DNA of 64,000 nt from Longimicrobiales bacterium (GTDB lineage: Bacteria; Gemmatimonadota; Gemmatimonadetes; Longimicrobiales; Gaopeijiaceae), in NCBI GenBank assembly GCA_041690395.1, contig JAWLHJ010000002.1, positions 32,001 to 96,000 on the forward strand, in the 5' to 3' direction. A program made the position numbers and the translations under genes. The number at the start of each line of letters is the position of its first letter. Positions within the stretch are counted from its first letter, which is position 1. Below the pieces are notes generated by a model. The model was not told the origin of the DNA. It did not search any database and worked only from the letters and a program-made list of their open reading frames with translations. Shown here piece by piece: positions 39,221 to 49,029 of the stretch.

Positions 39221-42200
39221 TCAGTCGTCCGACACCGTCGGCAGACGGATCGGCGAGAGCGGCGCTGGGCGCGCTCCGGGGCTGTAGACGTCGTTCTCGA
39301 GCTGGGTGAGCTCCCCCGAGATGAGGGTGTTCAGCTCCTGGATGGCGGCGCGCGTCCGCTCCCCGGCCAGGTCGATCTGCCACGCCTGGTCCTCCGTGGG
39401 CGGATCGTAGATCCCCTCGACCGCTGAGCCCAGCCGGCCGCCGGGCCGTCCCTCGTTCAGCTGCTCGACCGCTTCGGCCAGCCGCGAGGTCACGTTCTCC
39501 GCCCGCCCCAGAAGGGCTTCGGCCTCCTGCCCTCCGTGCTCGAGGGCGGCCTCCACGGCTCCGACGCGCGACTCGACCTGCTCGACGGCCTGGTCGGCCC
39601 GGTGTGCCAGAACGTTCAGCTCGTGCAGGCGCCTGAGCGCCTCCTGCCGCTGGGCCAGCACGGCCGTGGTCGTCTCGACGCGCGGGTCCATACGCACCGC
39701 GACCTGCGTGGTCACCGTCTGGCCGCCCGCGATGAGGCGCACATCGAAGTCGCCCGGAAGCACCGGCACGCCAGACCCGGCCTCCTCCTCGTCTTCCGCG
39801 AGCATCCGGAAGTCCCACGCGGTCTGCTGGATACCGGCGTCGCCGGGCCCTTCCAGCACCCGGATCACCTCGCCCCCGGAGTCGAGCACCTCGAGCCGGA
39901 CATCGTCGCCCTGGTCCTCGGCGAGCCAGTAGCGGATCCGCAAGCCGTCCGGCGGATTGTCGCCGTAGAACTCGGACGGATGGAACCAGGGCCCGGGCGC
40001 GAGCACCCACATGGTGCCCCGCTGCCCGTCGAACAGGGCCGCCGGGCGCTCCAGCACGGCATCCCGCGCGATCTGCTCGAGCGGTCCCACGTCGTCGAGG
40101 ACCCAGATGCTCCGTCCGTGGGTGCCGATCACGAGGTCGTTGTCACGCGGATGGATGCGCATGTCGTCCACGGGGACCGTCGGGAAGTTGCCCGTGAGCC
40201 GGGTCCAACGCTGGCCCGTGTCGACCGAGAAGTAGAGTCCGACCTCGTTCCCGACGAAGATCAGCCCGGGCGTCCGGGGATGCTCGCGCACGGCGTTCAC
40301 CGACGCGTCGGCCGGAAGCCCGTTCGTGATCGGTCTCCAGCTCTCGCCGAAGTCGTCGCTCACGGCCACGTACGGCCGGTAGTCGTCGTTCCGGTGTCCA
40401 TCGAACGCGACGTAGACGCGGCCGGGCACATGATGCGAAGCCTCGATCCCGCTGACCGTCATCCCGTGCACGAGCCCCGGCACGTCGTCGCTGAGGTCGG
40501 TCCAGCTGGCGCCGTCGTCGCGCGACCCCCAGAGCTTGCCGTCGTCGGTCCCGGCGTACAGCACCCGAGCGTCGAGCGGCGACTCTCCGATCTCGGTGAT
40601 CACCCCGTAATGGCTCGTCCCGTCGTTCAGCGACAAGGTGCTGTCTGTGACGGGCATCCCCATGATGCTCAGCGTGTCCCGGTCGACCTGCCGGGTGAGG
40701 TCCGGGCTGGCCTCCTCCCAGGTCATCCCCCGGTCGCGGGTACGGAGCAGATGGTTCGCCCCCGCGTACAACGTGCTCGCGTCGTGCAGCGACAGGTGCA
40801 GCGGCGTATTCCAATGCCAGCGGTACTCGCGCTCCATCGCCTCGAGCGGTCGCGCCGTCGGCTGGAGCTGGGCCGTCTCTCCCGTGTTCTGGTGGAAGCG
40901 CCCGAAGCGGCCGTTCTGCGACTCGCTGTAGACGATGTCCGGATTCGTGGGATCGATGAGGTTCCAGAATCCGTCGCCACCCCACACCCGGTGCCAGTCC
41001 TTGTTGCTGGGACCACCGCTCGAGATCCGTCCTGCGTCGGTCAACGTCCGGCTCGGACCGCACCACGAGTTGTTGTCCTGCAGTCCGCCACAGATCCAGT
41101 ACGGGTCGCGGTTGTCGACGTCGATCTGATAGAACTGTCCGGTCGCCAGGTTGTGGTGGTGGATCCAGTTCCGTCCGCCGTCGCGCGTCGAGGCGACCCC
41201 GCCGTCGGTGCCCAGCAGGGCATGGTTCGAGTCGCTCGGGTCGATCCAGATCGCGTGGTGGTCGAGGTGCACGCCGTCGGCCGCGTCCCCTTCCCACCAG
41301 GTGCGGCCGCCGTCGTCAGAGATGGAGAGCGTGACACCACCGAGGTAGATGCGCTCGGGATTGCTCGGGTCGATGCGGACGATCGAGAAGTACATCGGCC
41401 GCGGGTTGCGGGTGCTGATGCGCTCCCAGCTGTTCCCGCGATCCTCGGAGCGGTACAGCCCGCGCCCTTCGTCGTCGGACTCCACGATGGCGTACAGGAG
41501 GTGCCCGTCACGCCGGTAGATATCCAGACCGATCCGGCCTTTGTACCCCTCGGGAAGGCCTTCGGTGAGCTCCTCCCAGCTCTCGCCGCCGTTCAGGGTG
41601 CGGTAGATGCCGCTCCCGTCCCCATCGGCGCTGTATCCCCAGGGCGTGCGCTGGCGCTGATACATGGCCACGAAGAGGGCGTTCGGGTCGCTCCGGTCCA
41701 TGACCAGGTCGATCGCCCCGGTGTGCTCGTCGATGTAGAGGACCTTCTCCCAGCTGTCACCCCCGTCCGTCGTGCGGAAGACACCTCGCTGCTCGTTCGG
41801 ACCCCACAGGTGCCCCATGGCGGCCACGTACACGATGTCCGGATTCGTCGGGTGGATGACGATGCGGCCGACATGGCGGGTGTCCTCGAGCCCGACTGCC
41901 TCCCACGTGCGCCCCGCGTCGAGCGACTTGTACACGCCCGTCCCGTAGGGTGATGACTGGCGGTTCTGCGGCTCACCCGTGCCCACCCACACGACGTTCG
42001 GATTCGACGGAGCCACCGTGACGGCCCCGATCGAGGCCGACGGCTGCTCGTCGAACAGCGCCGTCCACGACTGTCCCCCGTTCTCCGTCCGCCAGAGTCC
42101 ACCACTCGCGAAGCCCGCGTAGAAGATGCTCGGGTTGCCCTCGACCACGGCCAGATCCGAAATGCGCCCGCCCATGACGGCCGGCCCGATCTCTCTCAGC

Positions 42201-42349
42201 TCGAGCTGGGAGACGGCCATCTCCAGCGCGGCGTCCTGGGCGGCGGCCGGCGCCACGGTGACGGACAGCGCCAAGGTACAGACGAGCACTCCGAGGACGC
42301 CGCCAACCCACTGGGTCATGCTCGAGGTGCTGCTCGTACGCTGCTTCAT
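39221..42349 (-). CDS. Secreted VPS10/BNR-repeat beta-propeller protein, copy 2
   Basis: Signal peptide; GTGEPQNRQSSPYG, GHLWGPNEQRGV, GGLQDN, THGRS; colinear with copy 1. Confidence 0.85.
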   Translation of the reverse strand: MKQRTSSTSSMTQWVGGVLGVLVCTLALSVTVAPAAAQDAALEMAVSQLELREIGPAVMGGRISDLAVVEGNPSIFYAGFASGGLWRTENGGQSWTALFDEQPSASIGAVTVAPSNPNVVWVGTGEPQNRQSSPYGTGVYKSLDAGRTWEAVGLEDTRHVGRIVIHPTNPDIVYVAAMGHLWGPNEQRGVFRTTDGGDSWEKVLYIDEHTGAIDLVMDRSDPNALFVAMYQRQRTPWGYSADGDGSGIYRTLNGGESWEELTEGLPEGYKGRIGLDIYRRDGHLLYAIVESDDEGRGLYRSEDRGNSWERISTRNPRPMYFSIVRIDPSNPERIYLGGVTLSISDDGGRTWWEGDAADGVHLDHHAIWIDPSDSNHALLGTDGGVASTRDGGRNWIHHHNLATGQFYQIDVDNRDPYWICGGLQDNNSWCGPSRTLTDAGRISSGGPSNKDWHRVWGGDGFWNLIDPTNPDIVYSESQNGRFGRFHQNTGETAQLQPTARPLEAMEREYRWHWNTPLHLSLHDASTLYAGANHLLRTRDRGMTWEEASPDLTRQVDRDTLSIMGMPVTDSTLSLNDGTSHYGVITEIGESPLDARVLYAGTDDGKLWGSRDDGASWTDLSDDVPGLVHGMTVSGIEASHHVPGRVYVAFDGHRNDDYRPYVAVSDDFGESWRPITNGLPADASVNAVREHPRTPGLIFVGNEVGLYFSVDTGQRWTRLTGNFPTVPVDDMRIHPRDNDLVIGTHGRSIWVLDDVGPLEQIARDAVLERPAALFDGQRGTMWVLAPGPWFHPSEFYGDNPPDGLRIRYWLAEDQGDDVRLEVLDSGGEVIRVLEGPGDAGIQQTAWDFRMLAEDEEEAGSGVPVLPGDFDVRLIAGGQTVTTQVAVRMDPRVETTTAVLAQRQEALRRLHELNVLAHRADQAVEQVESRVGAVEAALEHGGQEAEALLGRAENVTSRLAEAVEQLNEGRPGGRLGSAVEGIYDPPTEDQAWQIDLAGERTRAAIQELNTLISGELTQLENDVYSPGARPAPLSPIRLPTVSDD

Positions 42350-42409
42350 GTTCGGATCTCCGTGGAATTCGTCTTCTCGGTTGCGAAGTCTCTCGGCCCG
42401 CGCCCGGCG

Positions 42410-44908
42410 CTACGGCCAGGGCAGCGGGATGCCGATGACGCCCGTCCGGAGCACGGGAACCTCGCCCAGCGTCAGGTAGCGGGAGATCTCACCCACCGCC
42501 CGGCGGACATGCGCCCTGTCCGCCGCGTCGCCGGCACGTCCGGCTCCCGCCTGTGTGGCCGTGCCCGCCGGTCCTTCGAGGCTCGCCGCGAGCATCTCGA
42601 GTCGGAGCGTCGCTCCGTCCCGGACCGCGTCGGTCGCCTGTTCGTCCGTCGCGAGCGCGAAGAGTCCGTCAAGAACGGAGCGCTCCGCCGCGCGCCGGTA
42701 GGCCCCGGTCATGCCCTCCCGGCTTCCGGACGCACCCCAGGTCCCGTCCACCAGAGCGCCCAGCACCTCGTCGAGCGACGGGACGCTCGCGTCGCGGGCG
42801 TGGAACATGACCAGACGGGCCATGCGCTCACGGTGCAGCAGGTTGTCGACCGTTTCCTGAGCGAAGCTCCGGGCCACGGCCAGCGGGTCGAACGCCGTGC
42901 CGGAAGGCGATTCGATCCAGGTCGCGTGCGAGCCCACCGAGGGCGGGAGCGCGACCCCGGCCGGATTGATCCAGCCGGCGGGCTCGCCGTACCCGGGCGG
43001 GGTCGGCGGGATGATCGGCGGAATGTGCTCGGGCACACCCAGCTCCTCCGGCGAGAGCACCCGAACCACGGTCTCGAGGGCCCTCCGCTGCTCGTCGGCC
43101 GGAATGACGCGTGTCGGCGTCTGGCCGTCGCCGCGCAGCGTGTACGTGTAGTGCATGCCGCCGACGTACTTCACCAGCCCTTCCATGACGTAGCGGTGGT
43201 GGAGGTACACGTGCGCGAAGCGCTGGTTGAGCCAGGAGAGCGGCTCACCCGGCCGAATGGCGTTCTCGTCGAAGTGACGGAGCAGCTCGCGCCGCACCCT
43301 GAGCGCCCGGTCGGTGGCGTCGAACAGCGTCGGTCCCGTAACCCAACGGGTGACCTCCGGATAGGAGCCCGAGATGTCGCCGTCGGATGTCGAGAGGTGC
43401 CCACGGTCGAGCGCCTCCTGGACGATCTCGGCGAGACCTTCCGCCTCCGCCTCCGGCGTGGGGTACCACGTGTACGCGTAGCGCACGCTCAGGGTGTCGC
43501 TCCACCCGCCGCTGTTCCGGTACGCGTCGGATATGTCCAGCCGCCCCTGTCCGTCGGCCTCGATGAGCGGGAACGGATAGTCCATCACGGAGCTCCGCCC
43601 CTGCGCCGTGGCGATGAAGTTGTGCGGGAAGCCGAGGGTGTGGCCGACCTCGTGGGCGGACAGCTGCCGCCGGCGCGCCATCGTGAACTCCTCGGCGGTG
43701 AGCTGCGGCGTCACGCCCGTCGCCGCGTACACCGGCATGAGCCCCATGTAGATGTTGAAGTCGGTGTGCGAGCGGTGCGAGTCCATGCGCGGCATGCCGA
43801 CGAGCAGCTCGCCGGTGCGCGGATCCCTTCGTCCTCCGCCCGTCGACGGGCCCGGGTTGCTGCGGTGTACGAACTGGATGACCGAGTAGCGGGCGTCCAT
43901 CGGGTCGGCGCCCTCCGGCATGTCCCGCACCTGGATCGCGTTTCGCCATCCGGCCGCCTCGAAGATCTCGTTCCACCAGAGCGTCCCTTCCCGATGCGCC
44001 GTGCGGAACGGCTCGGGCGTGCCCGGATCGATGTGCAGAACGATGGGATTCACGGGCTCGACCAGCTCGCCGCGCATGTAGGCCGCCGGGTCCGACGGCT
44101 CGAGACGCCAACGGGACGTGTACCGGGCACGGTAGTCCCCGTCGAAGCTCTCGTTGTAGTCCTGCAGCACCGTGGACGAGTTGCCCGTCCGTGGATCGAA
44201 CGCACGACCCGGCATGGGCTCGTCCGGCAACCTCATGAAGGTGTGGTGCTGCTCGAAGGTGATGAGGCGGCTGTCCGGAGAATGCCTCCTGAGCTCCGCG
44301 TGCAGCGGATCACCCGCGAAGGTCAGGATCGTGCGGATCTCGGTGTTCAGCGGGAAGGCGGAGGTCCCGGACGCGTCGACGTAGCTCTTGTCGCGCTCCA
44401 GCTGGATCTGTCCGAAACCCGCGCCGCGAACGGTCCCGCGGACATCGACGAGGTCGCTCAGCAGGAAGTCCGTGGCATCCACGACCAGGCGGCCGCCCTC
44501 GCTCTCCACGATCTCCATGGACGCCATCACGGCGTCGGGGAAGGCGCGCCCGACGGCCGCGCGATGCTCGGGGTCGTCGGAGGTCGAGATCATGGTCGTG
44601 TTACGACGCACCATGACCACCCGGGGTCCGTGACGCCGGAACTGGACGACCGCTTCGTCTCCACCGGAGCCCACGTCGAGTCCGAAAGTGCGGGCGGACC
44701 CGAGACCGGTCCCCAGGGCGTTCATGTAGAGGACGTCCTGGTCGAGGACGGGGATCTCGAGGTGGACCGCCCCCGTCTCCTGGTCGATGCTCACCGGCAT
44801 GAACGTAGCCTGGGCGTCGACGGTGACGGGAGTGGTACCCAGCCCGAGCGCGACCAGGAGCGCCGCGAGACCCAAGAATCCGAATAATCCGTGCCGCGTC
44901 TCCGTCAT
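42410..44908 (-). CDS. Secreted zinc-dependent metalloprotease (metzincin; DUF5117/DUF4953-type)
   Basis: Signal peptide; HEVGHTLGFPHNF zinc motif with the SSVMDY Met-turn; DPRTGE. Confidence 0.9.
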   Translation of the reverse strand: MTETRHGLFGFLGLAALLVALGLGTTPVTVDAQATFMPVSIDQETGAVHLEIPVLDQDVLYMNALGTGLGSARTFGLDVGSGGDEAVVQFRRHGPRVVMVRRNTTMISTSDDPEHRAAVGRAFPDAVMASMEIVESEGGRLVVDATDFLLSDLVDVRGTVRGAGFGQIQLERDKSYVDASGTSAFPLNTEIRTILTFAGDPLHAELRRHSPDSRLITFEQHHTFMRLPDEPMPGRAFDPRTGNSSTVLQDYNESFDGDYRARYTSRWRLEPSDPAAYMRGELVEPVNPIVLHIDPGTPEPFRTAHREGTLWWNEIFEAAGWRNAIQVRDMPEGADPMDARYSVIQFVHRSNPGPSTGGGRRDPRTGELLVGMPRMDSHRSHTDFNIYMGLMPVYAATGVTPQLTAEEFTMARRRQLSAHEVGHTLGFPHNFIATAQGRSSVMDYPFPLIEADGQGRLDISDAYRNSGGWSDTLSVRYAYTWYPTPEAEAEGLAEIVQEALDRGHLSTSDGDISGSYPEVTRWVTGPTLFDATDRALRVRRELLRHFDENAIRPGEPLSWLNQRFAHVYLHHRYVMEGLVKYVGGMHYTYTLRGDGQTPTRVIPADEQRRALETVVRVLSPEELGVPEHIPPIIPPTPPGYGEPAGWINPAGVALPPSVGSHATWIESPSGTAFDPLAVARSFAQETVDNLLHRERMARLVMFHARDASVPSLDEVLGALVDGTWGASGSREGMTGAYRRAAERSVLDGLFALATDEQATDAVRDGATLRLEMLAASLEGPAGTATQAGAGRAGDAADRAHVRRAVGEISRYLTLGEVPVLRTGVIGIPLPWP

Positions 44909-45057
44909 TGCCGCATTCTCCTTGGTGGGTGTGCGATCCCCACGAGGGAGGTCGCTCGTCCTTCCGGCGGGACAAGCGAACAGGGTACGGCGGCGAAGCG
45001 CGACCCGTCAAATACCGGTCGGGTGGCCGGCCGGGCGTGCGGCGGGAGGGAGCGGCC

Positions 45058-47184
45058 CTACCAGATCCTGAATCGAAGCGACAGGGTTCGGCCGGGCTGC
45101 GGGAGCCCGCACTGGTCGAACACGGCCGCGTCTCCGACGTTCGACACCGAGAGCGACCCCTCACCCCTTCCGAACCCACCCAGGCCTGGGAGCCTGAAGG
45201 CGCGCCTGAGCCCCAGATCGAGCCGCGGGCTCGTGTCGAACGACTCGAGTCCGCCGATCTCCGGGTTCTGGCACAGCTGGCTCCCCACGACCGACATGTC
45301 GGCGGAGGCCACGAAGTCGAGGAGGACGCCCCGCTGCACGCCGAGCTTCGCCGTGAACGCCGGCTCGTACTCGAGCTCGACCGCGCTCCCGGCGGCGTCC
45401 CGCCCGGTCACGTCCTGAACCGTCAGGTCGCCCGACAGGACCGCCCCGAGGAAACGCGTGTTGGCCAACAGCTCGAGGCCGGTGCTGTGCACTGCGTCCT
45501 GGTTCACGCGCTGGAAGCGACTTCCGTCAGGGGTGTCGACGGAGGTGCGGACGATGCCGTCCTGGAGCCGCTGATGGAATCCGACCAGCTGGACGCTGCC
45601 GCTCCGGCCCTCGACCGTGATGCCCGCCTCGCCCGCGATCATGATCTCGGGACGCAGCCCGGGGTTCGGCTCGAATCGGCCCAGCGCCCCGGAGTAGAGC
45701 TCGCGGAGTGCGGGAAAGCGGGTGCGCCGGCTGACCGAGGCGTGGTACGACACGTTGCCGCCGTCCGAGAGCGTGGCGAGGCCGAGGCGCGCGCCCCAGT
45801 CCCAGAGCCGATCGAGCGCCGGCTTGTCGCCGGACTCCGGCGTGTCCGAGCCGTCGGCCGCGACACCCAGCGTCACCCGGGTCGTTCCGAGGCCGGAGAT
45901 GCCGAGAAAGCCGTCGAAGCGCTGTTCGACCTCGCCGCCGAGGCTCCAGAGGCGCTGCGAGTACGCCATCTCGGGTCCGTCGCCGATGACTTCGTCGTGG
46001 TCCACGTCCGCGAAGGTGAGCGCCGCGCGGAGCTCGGTCCGCTCGGTGACGCCGGCGTCACCCATGAGGCGGAGCGTCAGCGTGCGATCGTCACCGAGTT
46101 CCGTGTCCACCACCTGGTCGAAGGCTTCGGTGGCGAACGCGTCGATCTCGGTTCGTCCCATGTCGAGCCCCACCGAAGCCTCGAGATCGGCGAGGCCGAG
46201 GGCCGTGTCGTGGAAGCCCGTGCCCCCGGACACGGCCACGATGGTCCGGCGCTGGTACGGGTAGCGCCACAGGCGAGGGTCGTCGACGTGGGCCTCGGGC
46301 GGGACGCCTCGCTCAGACTGGAAGCCGGACCCGACGGCCGACAGCCAGGGACCGTCCTCACTCCGGTAGCGTGCCGACGCGAAGCCGTCGAGGCGCCGCA
46401 CGTCCGAGTTCAGCCGGAGGCGTCCATCCGCGCTCAGGAGGCCGGGATCGAGGCTCGGGTCTCCGAGCCCGCCCGGGAGGGCCACACCATCGTGCTCCTG
46501 GAAGCCGAAGCCGGCCCTCAGCTCCCATGCGCCGTCGTCCGTCTCCATCAGCGTGCCGCCACTCGCGGCCACGGACGCGCCGCCCGTGTGGTCCATCCCG
46601 ACGTGTGTCGTGAGCGGCTCGGGCCGCTCGTACCCCTCGGACCCACGCGCGATGTCGATCTCGACCGCGCCGCCGAGGACGTTCGGCCCGTGCAGGATCG
46701 TGGAGAGTCCACGGACGAGGCGGATGCGGCGCGCCGCGGTCAGCGGAATCACGGACAGGTCGGTGCGGGCGTCCCAGCCGAGCGTGAGCGGGACGCCGTC
46801 GACGATCACGGCCACCTGCCGGTCCTCCGCGCCGCGGAGCGCTGGCTGGGCCTCGCCCCGGGAGTTGGTGCGGATGGTGATCAGCGGCATCGCCCGGAGC
46901 GCCTCTTCCAGCGTCGGCGCCGGTCGTAGTGACACCGAGTCCAGATCGAAGTCCACGGTGCTCGACCCGCCCGCCGTGGTCGTCGGGCGCGCCACGTCGA
47001 TCGTGATGCCCTGGAGGTCGTAACGCGCGATCGAGTCGGTCCGTACGGAATCCGCCCGGATGGAGTCGCCCGGCTCCTGGGCCTGCGCCAGGCCGGCGGC
47101 CCCGAGCGACAGGGCCAGCGCCGCGAACGCCGCACCGAGGCGGTGCATCCGCCCGGTCACGTGCATCACAGTCCTCATCGTCAT
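45058..47184 (-). CDS. TonB-dependent receptor (non-SusC type)
   Basis: Signal peptide; plug LRG...VIVDGVP...GPNVLGGAV; PNPGLRPE; C-terminal GRTLSLRFRIW. Confidence 0.88.
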   Translation of the reverse strand: MTMRTVMHVTGRMHRLGAAFAALALSLGAAGLAQAQEPGDSIRADSVRTDSIARYDLQGITIDVARPTTTAGGSSTVDFDLDSVSLRPAPTLEEALRAMPLITIRTNSRGEAQPALRGAEDRQVAVIVDGVPLTLGWDARTDLSVIPLTAARRIRLVRGLSTILHGPNVLGGAVEIDIARGSEGYERPEPLTTHVGMDHTGGASVAASGGTLMETDDGAWELRAGFGFQEHDGVALPGGLGDPSLDPGLLSADGRLRLNSDVRRLDGFASARYRSEDGPWLSAVGSGFQSERGVPPEAHVDDPRLWRYPYQRRTIVAVSGGTGFHDTALGLADLEASVGLDMGRTEIDAFATEAFDQVVDTELGDDRTLTLRLMGDAGVTERTELRAALTFADVDHDEVIGDGPEMAYSQRLWSLGGEVEQRFDGFLGISGLGTTRVTLGVAADGSDTPESGDKPALDRLWDWGARLGLATLSDGGNVSYHASVSRRTRFPALRELYSGALGRFEPNPGLRPEIMIAGEAGITVEGRSGSVQLVGFHQRLQDGIVRTSVDTPDGSRFQRVNQDAVHSTGLELLANTRFLGAVLSGDLTVQDVTGRDAAGSAVELEYEPAFTAKLGVQRGVLLDFVASADMSVVGSQLCQNPEIGGLESFDTSPRLDLGLRRAFRLPGLGGFGRGEGSLSVSNVGDAAVFDQCGLPQPGRTLSLRFRIW

Positions 47185-47215
47185 CGGTCGTGGATCCGCG
47201 CAGTAAGAACCCGGT

Positions 47216-48937
47216 TCAGAAAAACACCGGCTCCTTGTACGCCCCGAACACGTTCTCCATGGCGTGCCGGATCTCGTAGAGCGTGCAGTCGGCCCGGGCG
47301 CAGTCGAGGATGAACGGCACGACGTTCGAGCCGTCGCGCGCGGCGCCCTCGAGGGCGCCGAGCGCGGCCTCGACCTTGGCGTCGTCTCGGCGTTCCCTAA
47401 GCCCCTTCATGCGCGCCACCTGCCGGGCCTCGACTTCCGAGTCGATCTTGAGGGTGTCGATCTCGATGGACCCCGACCCCTCCGTGAACTGGTTCACGCC
47501 GACGATCACGCGCTCGGCGGACTCGATGTCGCGCTGCTGACGCATGGCCGACTCGGCGATCTCGCGCTGGAACCAGCCGTTCTCGATGCCCGGCACCACG
47601 CCCCCCATGCCGTCGATCTCGTCGAACAGCGCCAGAGCCTCCCGCTCGAGGTCGTCCGTGAGCGCCTCCACGTAGTACGAGCCGGCGAGGGGATCGATCG
47701 TGTTCGGCACACCCGACTCGTGGGCGAGGATCTGCTGTGTCCGGAGCGCGATCCGGACCGCCTTCTCCGTCGGGAGCGAGAGCGTCTCGTCCATCGAGTT
47801 CGTGTGCAGCGACTGGGTGCCGCCGAGCGCCGCCGCCATCGCCTGGTAGGCGACGCGCACGATGTTGTTCTCGGGCTGCTGGGCGGTGAGGCTCACGCCG
47901 GCGGTCTGGGCGTGGGTCCTGAGACGCCACGACTCCGGGTTCTTCGCGCCGTACTTCTCCTTCATCCCGCGCGCCCAGATGCGACGGGCGGCCCGGAATT
48001 TCGCGATCTCCTCGAAGAAGTCGTTGTGGACGTCGAAGAAGAACGAGAGCCTGGGCGCGAACTGGTCGACGTCGAGCCCACGCGCGATCCCCCGCTCCAC
48101 GTACTCGAAGCCGTTACGGAGGGTGAACGCGAGCTCCTGGCCGGCGGTCGCGCCGGCCTCACGGATGTGATATCCGGAGATGGAGATCGGGTTGTACTTC
48201 GGCGCGTTGTCGCTGCACCAGTCGAACATGTCGACGATGAGGCGAATCGCCGGCTCCGGCGGGAACACCCACGCGTGCTGCGCCTGGTACTCCTTGAGGA
48301 TGTCGTTCTGGACCGTGCCGCGCAGCTTGTCGGGGGAGACGCCCTGCCGCTCGGCGGCCACGACGTAGAAGCAGAAGAGGATGATCGCCGGGCCGTTGAT
48401 CGTCATCGACACCGAGACCTGGTCGAGCGGAATCCCGTCGAACAGCGTCTCCATATCCATGAGCGACGAGATGGCCACGCCGCAGACGCCTACCTCGCCC
48501 AGCGAGCGGGGGTGGTCGGAGTCGTATCCCATGAGCGTCGGAAAGTCGAACGCGACGGAGAGGCCGGTCTGGCCGTTCGCGAGGAGGTACTTGTACCGCT
48601 CGTTGGTCTCCTCGGCCGTGGCGAAGCCCGCGAACTGCCGCATGGTCCAGAGACGCGTGCGGTACATGCTCGTGTACGGCCCACGCGTGAACGGGTACTC
48701 GCCGGGGAAGCCGATCCGCTCCTCATAGTCGTCCCCTGGGACGTCGAGCGGCGTGTACAGCGGCTTCACTTCCTTCCCGGAGAGGCTCAGGAACGAGTCG
48801 CCACGGCTCGGCATGGCCTCGAACGAGGCCTCCCACTCGGCGAGGCGGCCCTTCAGCTCGGCGAGCTCGCTCTCACGACGGCGGACCAGGTCTTCGAGCT
48901 CGGTCCGGCTGAGCACGTCCTTCTCGATGGTCGACAT
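47216..48937 (-). CDS. Acyl-CoA mutase large subunit (MCM family, isobutyryl-CoA mutase-type residues)
   Basis: [57 protein letters not shown]; no fused B12 domain; start at MSTIEK. Confidence 0.93.
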   Translation of the reverse strand: MSTIEKDVLSRTELEDLVRRRESELAELKGRLAEWEASFEAMPSRGDSFLSLSGKEVKPLYTPLDVPGDDYEERIGFPGEYPFTRGPYTSMYRTRLWTMRQFAGFATAEETNERYKYLLANGQTGLSVAFDFPTLMGYDSDHPRSLGEVGVCGVAISSLMDMETLFDGIPLDQVSVSMTINGPAIILFCFYVVAAERQGVSPDKLRGTVQNDILKEYQAQHAWVFPPEPAIRLIVDMFDWCSDNAPKYNPISISGYHIREAGATAGQELAFTLRNGFEYVERGIARGLDVDQFAPRLSFFFDVHNDFFEEIAKFRAARRIWARGMKEKYGAKNPESWRLRTHAQTAGVSLTAQQPENNIVRVAYQAMAAALGGTQSLHTNSMDETLSLPTEKAVRIALRTQQILAHESGVPNTIDPLAGSYYVEALTDDLEREALALFDEIDGMGGVVPGIENGWFQREIAESAMRQQRDIESAERVIVGVNQFTEGSGSIEIDTLKIDSEVEARQVARMKGLRERRDDAKVEAALGALEGAARDGSNVVPFILDCARADCTLYEIRHAMENVFGAYKEPVFF

Positions 48938-49029
48938 ACCCTCTCCTGACGGATCACTGTGGAACGGGGCGCGCATCCCCTTCTCATGCTACGTCCCGAC
49001 TCGAAAGATGTTCGAACAGGCGCCGCGGT

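Noticed and set aside
27036..42349. Recurrent short DNA repeats as a possible CRISPR or tandem array
   Set aside because: They are coding Asp-box/WSPDG propeller repeats and paralogue identity, with no regular repeat-spacer period
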